A DNA stretch of 64,000 nucleotides from an uncultured Nitrospirales bacterium. GTDB lineage: Bacteria; Nitrospirota; Nitrospiria; Nitrospirales; NS-4. The notes below the pieces were generated by a model. The model had not been told where the DNA came from. It saw nothing but the letters and a program-made list of their open reading frames with translations, and did not search any database. The stretch covers positions 626 to 64,625 of the forward strand of contig CAZSUT010000001.1 in assembly GCA_964610095.1 (NCBI GenBank), given 5' to 3'. Position 1 is the stretch's first letter. The number at the start of each line of letters is the position of its first letter. This document shows positions 9,859-17,723 of this stretch, one piece after another. A program made the position numbers and the translations under genes.

Positions 9859-11139
9859 TTAACGATGCAGAGATTCCTGTCCAAGACGCACACCCAGATG
9901 ATTGAGCGCTGCAGACCCGAACACGCACCACATCGGTTCAAGCACATACCCGTAACGTCGTATTGCGTGGACGAGCCCATAGACGACCAGCACGTAGGCA
10001 AACACCCCGATAAAAGGAAAAACCGTCGCATCAACCCGATACCTTCTGATCAAAAACAGGATCGAGACGCTTACAAACAGCGCATGCACCCCAAATGCTG
10101 ACCAAGCAAGGATCGGATGTACGCCCTGCAAGACGGAGCTTCCTGGTGGCGGCGAGACAAGGAGTATCAAGTCTCGGTTGAGAACGAGCATAAGATAGGC
10201 AATCGGGCGATCCCAAATTCGATCAGTGAGATCCTTCCTGTCTTTCGCCCTCCGCTCATCTAGTAGCAGGTGCGCATTGGTCTGCTCCCGTTGCCGGAGA
10301 AACCCCCTCGCCCTCTCCCGCTCTTCTTCAAGCTTGCGCATGCTAGAAAGAGTCCACCAGAAATCTCCGGAGAAAACCGGGTAATGGCCAAACATGATGG
10401 TGAAGTGCTGGTAGTCCTCTGCTTCAGCTTTGCTCTCTTCCGGAAGCAGGTTGTTGCGAATATGCCAAGGAAGCCACAGCGTCATCGCTACGAGGAGAAC
10501 ACCCACAAGCCGCTGCCAATGTGGACGGAGTCGCCGATCCAGGAAACTGAGCGACAAAAGGGCCAGCGGCAGGAAGATGTAGACAGGGCTCGTCAAAAGA
10601 AGCAGCCCGTAAAAGCACCCCGCCAGGATAAAGTAAACATTTCGGTCTTCTCTGGATCCTCGGACAAAGCAATAGATCGCACCAAGCAAAATTGGGATGA
10701 GTAGGTTCTCTCGATGTAGGCTCGTGACAATCTCATAAGATGGGTACAACGTGAATATACCCGCAGCCAAGAGCCCGACCGTTTCCGAGAATAACATCCG
10801 CCCTAGAGAGAAGATGAGAAAAACCAGGGAAGCGTTGAGTAGCGCCTGGGCGTACCAGACCACTCGGTAATCCTTCCCTAAGATCGCATACACCAGGGCA
10901 ATAAAGGCGGGATACACCGGCGGGAGGTACGTGGTCGGATGGCCGGGGTCTACGGCATAACCCTTTGCCTCAATGAGGTTCACAGCGATCCGATGATTAT
11001 CCAGTTCGTCCCGTTGGGGTGGTTCGGCAAGCCAGTGGATTGCGGCCACACGTACGACAACGGCCACCAGGAACAGAAGGATAAGCCATCGGAGTAATGC
11101 CCGTCTCGGAGAGGAAGTACCAGGCGAGGCCCCGCTCAT
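9859..11139 (-). CDS. GT-C fold membrane glycosyltransferase (ArnT/PMT-like, GT39/GT83-type)
   Basis: 426 aa, polytopic. First loop PPQRDELDNHRIAVNL carries a DE motif, followed by multiple TM helices, as in the dolichyl/undecaprenyl-phosphate-sugar dependent transferase family. Confidence 0.7.
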   Translation of the reverse strand: MSGASPGTSSPRRALLRWLILLFLVAVVVRVAAIHWLAEPPQRDELDNHRIAVNLIEAKGYAVDPGHPTTYLPPVYPAFIALVYAILGKDYRVVWYAQALLNASLVFLIFSLGRMLFSETVGLLAAGIFTLYPSYEIVTSLHRENLLIPILLGAIYCFVRGSREDRNVYFILAGCFYGLLLLTSPVYIFLPLALLSLSFLDRRLRPHWQRLVGVLLVAMTLWLPWHIRNNLLPEESKAEAEDYQHFTIMFGHYPVFSGDFWWTLSSMRKLEEERERARGFLRQREQTNAHLLLDERRAKDRKDLTDRIWDRPIAYLMLVLNRDLILLVSPPPGSSVLQGVHPILAWSAFGVHALFVSVSILFLIRRYRVDATVFPFIGVFAYVLVVYGLVHAIRRYGYVLEPMWCVFGSAALNHLGVRLGQESLHR

Positions 11140-11172
11140 CGGAGGCTCTCTACTCCAGATCGTCCAAGTCCG

Positions 11173-12675
11173 CTAGCCTCCTTGCCTTCTGGTACGATCC
11201 ATGGCGCTCTGTCGCCATTGGGGTCTGGTTCTGGCCGTCGGATACATAATGGGACTTTCCACCTCGTGCAAGCCTTCCGCAGCCTGAGCCTCTTGCTGAG
11301 CTCTCAACTTGTTACTGGTGGCGTGGTCTAGGTCTATCTGAGCGAGCGCATGACTTCTGGCTATCAATGCCGCAATAAGCCAAAACGGCTCCATGATCCT
11401 GACAATGATAAAAGTATTGGCTCCGACGGCATGCACGAGCAAGCCCACAAACCCAAGCAAAAACCCAAGCGCTACCCCCCGATTAAAAGGATCCACGGAT
11501 TCCTTGTACGTGGTCCTGCCAAGACGAAAGAGCGACCAAAGAAGGTAGGCAAAGCACACCGTTCCCAGGAGCCCGGTCTCTACCAGCACCCTTGGGTACA
11601 TAGCGTCCATGAAGTAGGGTCCTCCGGTTACCCCGGCCCCCCAAAGCGGAGCCCGGTAAAAGTATTTTAGCGACTTCTGCCATGATATGAGCCGCTCCGA
11701 GGTGGACGTATCCACCCTGACACCACCAAGCTTGATCTGACCCTCTTCTGGCGCCTGTGTGAGGGTAAACATAATCCGATCCTTTACGGCATCGGGGGCC
11801 CACCACGGAGAGAACAGCATACCCATCAACACGAATGCCACCACCACTGGTTTCCGGTAACTCAGCAGTCCCACCACCGCAAGAGCAACCACTAGAGCCG
11901 CCAAGAACGAAGCGCGCGAAAGGGTCGCCATTAGTGCAAGGCTTCCGGTTCCCAGAAGGATCAGGAACGGAAGGCGCGTGGGCACTGCTCCTGTAGTCAA
12001 CAAAAGTCCTGTCACAATCGCCAGCATGAACACAAGGTACCCACCCAGCGTGTTGGGCTCACCCTCACTCCCCTCGAATGGAGCCGACGCCCGTGCTCCG
12101 CTGGGAATCTGCGCGATAGCGAAGAGCGAGACCAGAAAACAGGTGACCAGGCTCGCGATCACCAGGGACTTGGCTTGCTTCTGACTGCTCACGGCGCTGA
12201 CGACCATGAAGTAAATAAAAACGTATTCGTAATACTTCATCATGTAGAAAAACCCGGTCATGGGTTTCACGCGTCCAGCCAGCACGCCGATCAGAGTCGC
12301 CAACACAGAAGCCGCAATATAGAGCATAATTGGCCCGTTCAATGGAGTCCTCGTGAACGGGGAGCTTTTAAAGAGCGCCATCTTCGCTAACCAGGCAAAC
12401 CCTATGACAACCAGAATAAAATCGTCGAAACGAAGGCTGATTCCTCGTCCTGCCGTTGCCCCAGCTAACGTTCCACCGACCAGAAATTCAGGGCCCAGGA
12501 GCATGGAGAAGACCAGCAGATAGAGGCTGATCGTGGTGGACACAAACGCCACCACCAAGACGAGGGTACCCAGAAAGATAGTCAAACGGAACGAGGTGTC
12601 ACTGGAAAAAATGAACAGGGACAGCGCAGCGGCTAGGGCTAACGGAATCACAACTATGAGCCCTTTAGGCTGCAT
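11173..12675 (-). CDS. O-antigen ligase / Wzy-like polymerase family membrane protein
   Basis: About 500 aa with more than 10 TM helices. LALMATLSRASFLAALVVAL is Wzy_C-like. I prefer ATG at 12675, preceded by GAGGAG 9 nt upstream, over the ORF-track TTG at 12726. Confidence 0.65.
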   Translation of the reverse strand: MQPKGLIVVIPLALAAALSLFIFSSDTSFRLTIFLGTLVLVVAFVSTTISLYLLVFSMLLGPEFLVGGTLAGATAGRGISLRFDDFILVVIGFAWLAKMALFKSSPFTRTPLNGPIMLYIAASVLATLIGVLAGRVKPMTGFFYMMKYYEYVFIYFMVVSAVSSQKQAKSLVIASLVTCFLVSLFAIAQIPSGARASAPFEGSEGEPNTLGGYLVFMLAIVTGLLLTTGAVPTRLPFLILLGTGSLALMATLSRASFLAALVVALAVVGLLSYRKPVVVAFVLMGMLFSPWWAPDAVKDRIMFTLTQAPEEGQIKLGGVRVDTSTSERLISWQKSLKYFYRAPLWGAGVTGGPYFMDAMYPRVLVETGLLGTVCFAYLLWSLFRLGRTTYKESVDPFNRGVALGFLLGFVGLLVHAVGANTFIIVRIMEPFWLIAALIARSHALAQIDLDHATSNKLRAQQEAQAAEGLHEVESPIMYPTARTRPQWRQSAMDRTRRQGG

Positions 12676-12753
12676 CGTACGCCACTCCTCAGCTAGGCCA
12701 CGGGATGGAAAACGGACTGATGCCAAATTGAACGGGCCCTGAAGTTGCCAGGA

Positions 12754-14907
12754 TCAGGACGATGAATAGCGATAGTACTGGTATTGGTGGTAATCAGGAG
12801 AAAATTCGGCGCTCACGTTGCTGAGCACCACCCCCACGATATGGGCCTGGGCATTCTCAAGGAGAGTCTTCGCTCGCAGCAATGGCGTCCGTCCAATTTT
12901 ACCAACTTGGTAGACCAAGACGACACCGTCGACTTTGGGACCGACCAGTACGGCATCAGCGACAGGCAGGATGGGTGGACAGTCAATCAAGACGAGATCA
13001 TAGTTTTCTTCACAGGCAGCGATCAGATCCACGAAGCGTTGAGAGTTGAAGAACTCGGACGGGTTGGGCGGCAGATGTCCGCTGGTGATGATACTCAGGT
13101 TGTCCACGCCGGGAGCGCTCAGGACCTGATCGAATCCCAGCTTGCCCAGCATCAGATCCGGAGCAGTCTGTACCACGTCCTGCCACTGCGCATTCCCGAC
13201 CAGAACCTCACTTAGGCCAGGCTCCCGCTTGAGCCCGAGCCGGCTGTGCACGGCCGGCTTTCTGAGGTCCGCGTCCACCACCAAGATCCGCCGTCCATCC
13301 TGCGCGATCGTGATAGCCAAGTTGATAACCGTCGTGGTCTTTCCTTCGCCGAGCCCGGCGCTGGCGAACGACAGGCTTTTGACCGTCCGGTCTAAGCAGG
13401 CGAATTGAAGGTTGACCTTCAATGACCGGTACCCCTCCGCGACCACACCTTTAAGATCGAACAACGGCGAGAGCCGCGACAGCAATTCCATGGATTCAGA
13501 ATCGAGCGTTTCAGGAAAGACCTTTTTAATCTCCTGCTCAACTTCCTTGTGGTCTACCCGCGGGATGACTCCGAGGACTGGGACTTTCAGGAACTCTTCA
13601 ACACCCTCAATCGTGCCGATAGAGGTATCAAAGGATTCTCGGACAAAGGCCAGGACGAATCCCAGCAACACGCCAATCAGGGAGCTCAGCAAGAGATTGA
13701 GGGTGGCTTTGGGCGCGTTCTTGGGTGAGCCCGGGGTGACGGCCGGTTCGATAATCGAGACTTCCTCGATGCGCTCAGCGCCCCGGATCAAAAACTCCTG
13801 GTGTTTCTGCTTCAAATTGGCATACAGGTCTCCATTGATCTTCACCTCGCGCTCCAGGCTGGCCTGCTCCAGGGCGGCCTTCGGCAAGGTGATGTACCGT
13901 TCCTTGAATCGGCCAATGGACTCTTTAATGGCGTTTTCCCGATCGGTCATCGTCCGCAGCTTGGACTCAAGCTCCTTGATCATTTCCTGCTTGACGCTCA
14001 GGATTTTGGCATCAAGCTCAACGACCAGGGGATGCTTGGGCATGTAGTTGATCAACAGGGCGGCGCGATCCGTATTCAGATCGACCAGCTTCTGGTTCAG
14101 TTTGGCGATCAGGGCCTGCACATCGTCGGAAAAGACACGCACGGGGCTGGCATCAGGGAGTGCCTCATTTGCTTTCAAGAGCCGGAGCTGGTTCGACGCT
14201 TCGCGTTTGACCTGTCCTAGCTTCTCGAGCTCGGCATCCAGGTGACTATAATTCTCCAACGCTTGGCGCGCTTCTTCGTTTAAGAAGACCTTTCCTTCAT
14301 GTTCCCGAAAGACAAGTAAGGCCTGCTCCGATTTTCTCAGCGCCTCTTCCACCGTCTTGAGCTGGTCCTCCACGAACCGCTTGGCGTCGTCCACTTGCCG
14401 GTTCCGGCTTGTAATGTTTTCTTCACGATAGCCCTCGGCGACCGCGTTGGCCAACCGTGCCGCAAACTCGGGCTCACCCGATGTGACGCTAATATTGAGG
14501 ATATTGGCGCTCTCCTCCTTGCTCACTGATACCAGGCTCTTTAACTCGTAGATCTTGGCAAGGGAGTCCGGAGAGGTACGCGCCTCATTGTTGTCGATCT
14601 CTTTCGCGACTACTCCTAGCTTCTTCGCCGCACGTAACATGACAGAAACACTCCGAATGACTTCCGCCTGCGTGGTCATGGCGTTGCCCTCCGAGGGAGC
14701 GGAGAGCACTTCCGTCAACAGACCCGACATCGAGGTGGAGCGATCATACTTCACTCTGGCAGAAGCTTCGTAGGTCGGTGTGGGGCCAAAGACCTCGGTG
14801 GTGAAAAAGGTGAAGCCCGCGACCAGGAAAACTGTGAGGGCGATAATCCACTTCCGCTTGCGGAGGATCAGCCAATAGTCCCGGAGATTCAGTTCGTACT
14901 GGGCCAT
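12754..14907 (-). CDS. wzc: Polysaccharide co-polymerase fused to BY-kinase (Wzc/GumC-like tyrosine autokinase)
   Basis: 717 aa. N-terminal Wzz-type TM plus coiled coil; Walker A SAGLGEGKTTTVINLA..VVDADLRKP; Tyr-rich tail SPDYHQYQYYRYSSS. Confidence 0.9.
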   Translation of the reverse strand: MAQYELNLRDYWLILRKRKWIIALTVFLVAGFTFFTTEVFGPTPTYEASARVKYDRSTSMSGLLTEVLSAPSEGNAMTTQAEVIRSVSVMLRAAKKLGVVAKEIDNNEARTSPDSLAKIYELKSLVSVSKEESANILNISVTSGEPEFAARLANAVAEGYREENITSRNRQVDDAKRFVEDQLKTVEEALRKSEQALLVFREHEGKVFLNEEARQALENYSHLDAELEKLGQVKREASNQLRLLKANEALPDASPVRVFSDDVQALIAKLNQKLVDLNTDRAALLINYMPKHPLVVELDAKILSVKQEMIKELESKLRTMTDRENAIKESIGRFKERYITLPKAALEQASLEREVKINGDLYANLKQKHQEFLIRGAERIEEVSIIEPAVTPGSPKNAPKATLNLLLSSLIGVLLGFVLAFVRESFDTSIGTIEGVEEFLKVPVLGVIPRVDHKEVEQEIKKVFPETLDSESMELLSRLSPLFDLKGVVAEGYRSLKVNLQFACLDRTVKSLSFASAGLGEGKTTTVINLAITIAQDGRRILVVDADLRKPAVHSRLGLKREPGLSEVLVGNAQWQDVVQTAPDLMLGKLGFDQVLSAPGVDNLSIITSGHLPPNPSEFFNSQRFVDLIAACEENYDLVLIDCPPILPVADAVLVGPKVDGVVLVYQVGKIGRTPLLRAKTLLENAQAHIVGVVLSNVSAEFSPDYHQYQYYRYSSS

Positions 14908-14920
14908 CGGATCACGTGCC

Positions 14921-15808
14921 CTATCGCGGCGACACAGTGGTGATGCTTGGGATTTGGACAGGTTGGATATTGTTCCGTTGCAGAAAATCCGTCAGTTCCT
15001 TCGGGCTCAACGTCTGCGTGCCCAGAAGCAGGAGGAGTGTCGAATTAATTTTGGCCAGGAAGGCATTCCAGTCAGCGATGCGCTGGCGCGGCACGAACAC
15101 AATATCGTTGTCCTTCAACACGATATCCTGGCTCCGGTCGCCATACTGAAAGAACCGCTGGAGGTCCACGGGAATGACCTCTGGTTTCCGGGCATCTCCA
15201 CGGATGACCCGAATGTCGTCCAACACCGCATAGTCATTGAACCCGATCTGCGCGAGGAGTTGGCCCACCGTCGTCTTTCTGTCCAACTCCGCCATCTTCG
15301 CCGCGCCCGCCGCTAAGAATGTGCCGGTCCCCGGTTGCCCGAATCCCCCTCCCAATAAAAAGACCCTTTGCTTGCGAAGCAGAAGCTTCTTCTGCTTTAT
15401 CGAGAGCTCTACGCGGGGATTGCGGATGATCGTAGCCGCTTGCTCGGTGATCCGAGCTTCGGCTTCGGGGACCGTCAGGTTCTTCACATCGATGTCCAGC
15501 GAGCCCACATAGACCCGGCCATTATCCCGAACCGTCACGAGCGAGCGCTCCTCCCCCGAGCCTCGCCGGACCACCACTTCCAAGCTGTCCCCCGGTTCTA
15601 TTTTGGACAGTCCCCCGTCAGAGACCTCTTCAACGTACAGATCGTCCGGCTTGACCGGACGGGCAAAGGGGGAATCGCCGGACGCGTTGTACGGAACGGG
15701 CGAGCAGGCGAACGACATACCCAGCATTACGAAAAGCGCGCAGTGCAGGCCGACGGCTCTGGAGACAGAAGCGAGTATTCTGACGCACCCTGCCAACGCC
15801 ATTCTCAC
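14921..15808 (-). CDS. wza: Polysaccharide export outer-membrane lipoprotein (Wza-like, Poly_export/SLBB)
   Basis: 295 aa. Lipobox-like LGMSFAC; IEPGDSLEVVV Poly_export motif. The start overlaps the HD-GYP stop. Confidence 0.8.
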   Translation of the reverse strand: MRMALAGCVRILASVSRAVGLHCALFVMLGMSFACSPVPYNASGDSPFARPVKPDDLYVEEVSDGGLSKIEPGDSLEVVVRRGSGEERSLVTVRDNGRVYVGSLDIDVKNLTVPEAEARITEQAATIIRNPRVELSIKQKKLLLRKQRVFLLGGGFGQPGTGTFLAAGAAKMAELDRKTTVGQLLAQIGFNDYAVLDDIRVIRGDARKPEVIPVDLQRFFQYGDRSQDIVLKDNDIVFVPRQRIADWNAFLAKINSTLLLLLGTQTLSPKELTDFLQRNNIQPVQIPSITTVSPR

Positions 15809-16833
15809 TGAACGTCCTGGACTACCTCAGTGACGTGGACCAACGACGACTTGCTGAGATCAAGCGTGCGTGTCTCTTTCGGCGAGAGACCATGCGCCTC
15901 CTTGTGCACCTTCACGACCGGCCTGAGCGGATACTGCGGGTTCAACTCGACGACTTCCGCGGTCTCCCCCGTGTTCAACCGGACGTGCGTTCCCAACGGA
16001 AACACGGAAAACTGCTGGATTAGGCACTTCAACGTCCTCGTCGAGAACGACGTCTTTTCCTTCGTCACTAACTCCCTGACCGCTTCATGTGGGAGGAAAC
16101 GCTTCCGGTACGGACGCGAGTGAAGGAGCGCCTCGAAGGTGTCGGCGAGTCCGATGACCTGCGCGAACTCATGAATCTCCTCCCCCTTGAGCCCACGCGG
16201 ATACCCCTGCCCGCCCAACCGCTCGTGCTCCTGAAGGACAAGCTCCGCGATCCAGTCGGCGTCCGGGCACAGCCTTCGGAGCGCCTGGGCGCCCGACTCG
16301 GGGTGTCGCTTGATGAGGGTCCGCTCCTCGTGGCTCAGCGGGCCCGGCTTGTTCAAGATCTCCTCGGGGATCAGGCACATCCCGACATCATGAAGGATCG
16401 CCGCGACTCCCAAGCGCATGAGATCCTGCCTCGAATACTGCAGCCCCATTCCGATCTTGATCGCGATGATGGCCGTGTTGATCAAGTTCGTGATGATTAG
16501 CCCGCCTCGCTCGGCAGTGATGGCCTTCACCAGCAGCCGGTCGCCTTGAGCGAGTGAATTGACGAACCCGTCCACTACTTGGGTGACGCCACCCAATGAA
16601 AACGTGTCGCCCGAGCGGACAGCACCGAGGATGGAGGGCAATTCCATCTCTGCCTGGGCATGCCATAGATCCGCATCCAGAACCAACTGGGCCTGCTGCT
16701 CCACGGAAACCTGGGCAGCGGTCGTATCGACGCTCTTGAATGAGGCTTTGTTCGGTTCCCCTTTCGGGCGAGGGCCAGGTCCTCCCTCCTGGGGTGAGCC
16801 TTCATTCCGCACGAGTTCATTGAGACGCGCCAT
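15805..16833 (-). CDS. HD-GYP domain protein (putative c-di-GMP phosphodiesterase) with unassigned N-terminal region
   Basis: 342 aa. AAILHDVGM and HERLGGQGYPRGL motifs. I recognise no domain in the N-terminal ~130 aa. Confidence 0.8.
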   Translation of the reverse strand: MARLNELVRNEGSPQEGGPGPRPKGEPNKASFKSVDTTAAQVSVEQQAQLVLDADLWHAQAEMELPSILGAVRSGDTFSLGGVTQVVDGFVNSLAQGDRLLVKAITAERGGLIITNLINTAIIAIKIGMGLQYSRQDLMRLGVAAILHDVGMCLIPEEILNKPGPLSHEERTLIKRHPESGAQALRRLCPDADWIAELVLQEHERLGGQGYPRGLKGEEIHEFAQVIGLADTFEALLHSRPYRKRFLPHEAVRELVTKEKTSFSTRTLKCLIQQFSVFPLGTHVRLNTGETAEVVELNPQYPLRPVVKVHKEAHGLSPKETRTLDLSKSSLVHVTEVVQDVQ

Positions 16834-16839
16834 GATTGA

Positions 16840-17637
16840 CTACTGCGCTTCCTTGAACGCCTTTTTCACCACATCAGGCCCGATCTGTTTGCACCGCTCC
16901 ATGAATCCGATTAACAACGCCAGATCCGCAATCGTATTGACTCTCCGCGGAACCCCGCCGCTGGCCTCATAGATCGCCGGTATGGCCTCCGGCATAAAGA
17001 CCATCTTGGCGGCACCCGCTGCCTGCATCCGGAAATCGACATAGTCGCCTACTTCTTCGGCAGAGAACGGTGTCAGGTGATAGCGTATCACAATCCGTTG
17101 AGATAGTTGCACGAAAGCATCGATCTTGGTACTCAATTCAGGCTGCCCCAGCAGGATAAAGGTGAGTAGAAAGCGATCATTGAGCTGAAAATTCAAAAGC
17201 AGTCGCAATTCCTCGAAAATCCCAACATCATGAATGGCCTGGGCCTCGTCCACGACAAGAACGGTGTCCCTGCCCTTATTCATATTCTGCAGCAGGTGAT
17301 CGTTCAGGGCATGGACCAAGTCCAGCTTGGTTCCATTCTGATTGACACCGAGCTGGTAGAGAATTTCCTTAATGAAGTCAGTTACTTCAAAGCTGGGATT
17401 GGCTATCAGCGCCAAATCATATCGTTCGTTGGAGAGATGTTGGATCAGGGTACGACTCAACAGGGTTTTCCCGCAGCCAATCTCCCCTGTCAACATTATG
17501 GCCCCTTTCCTCGCCTCTACCCCGTAAAGAAGGCGATGGAGCCCTTCCTCATGCCGTGTGGAGGGGAAATAGAAACGGGGGTCGGGAACGTTTTCGAAGG
17601 GAGCCTTTTTTAGCCCCCAGTAGTCTTCGTAATGCAA
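16840..17637 (-). CDS. ExeA-like AAA+ ATPase (EPS-locus/PEP-CTERM-type secretion ATPase family)
   Basis: Walker A LTGEIGCGKTLL and VLVVDEAQ Walker B. The ORF-track GTG start (17694) abuts a -10 box, so I prefer TTG at 17637, giving MHYEDYWGLKKAPF, an ExeA-like N-terminus. The start remains uncertain. Confidence 0.7.
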   Translation of the reverse strand: MHYEDYWGLKKAPFENVPDPRFYFPSTRHEEGLHRLLYGVEARKGAIMLTGEIGCGKTLLSRTLIQHLSNERYDLALIANPSFEVTDFIKEILYQLGVNQNGTKLDLVHALNDHLLQNMNKGRDTVLVVDEAQAIHDVGIFEELRLLLNFQLNDRFLLTFILLGQPELSTKIDAFVQLSQRIVIRYHLTPFSAEEVGDYVDFRMQAAGAAKMVFMPEAIPAIYEASGGVPRRVNTIADLALLIGFMERCKQIGPDVVKKAFKEAQ

Positions 17638-17694
17638 TGTTTTTTCTCGGGTAACCCCTTTATGTCTAAGGTAAACCCTTACACTGCCGGCCAC

Positions 17695-17723
17695 ACTATA
17701 TCATTGAAAACTGAGAGTGTCAA
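17695..17723 (-). promoter_or_regulatory. Near-consensus sigma70 promoter for the polysaccharide operon
   Basis: Minus strand reads TTGACA (17723-17718) - 17 nt - TATAGT (17700-17695). The -35 box overlaps the comEC stop codon (17720-17722). Confidence 0.55.

Noticed and set aside
1-17694. Calling the glycan locus a PEP-CTERM/exosortase system
   Set aside because: Only the ExeA-like ATPase, Wzc-like and Wza-like components are compatible with that. No exosortase (EpsH/XrtA), no EpsI-like amidotransferase and no PEP-CTERM substrate is present in the window, so the label would be unsupported.
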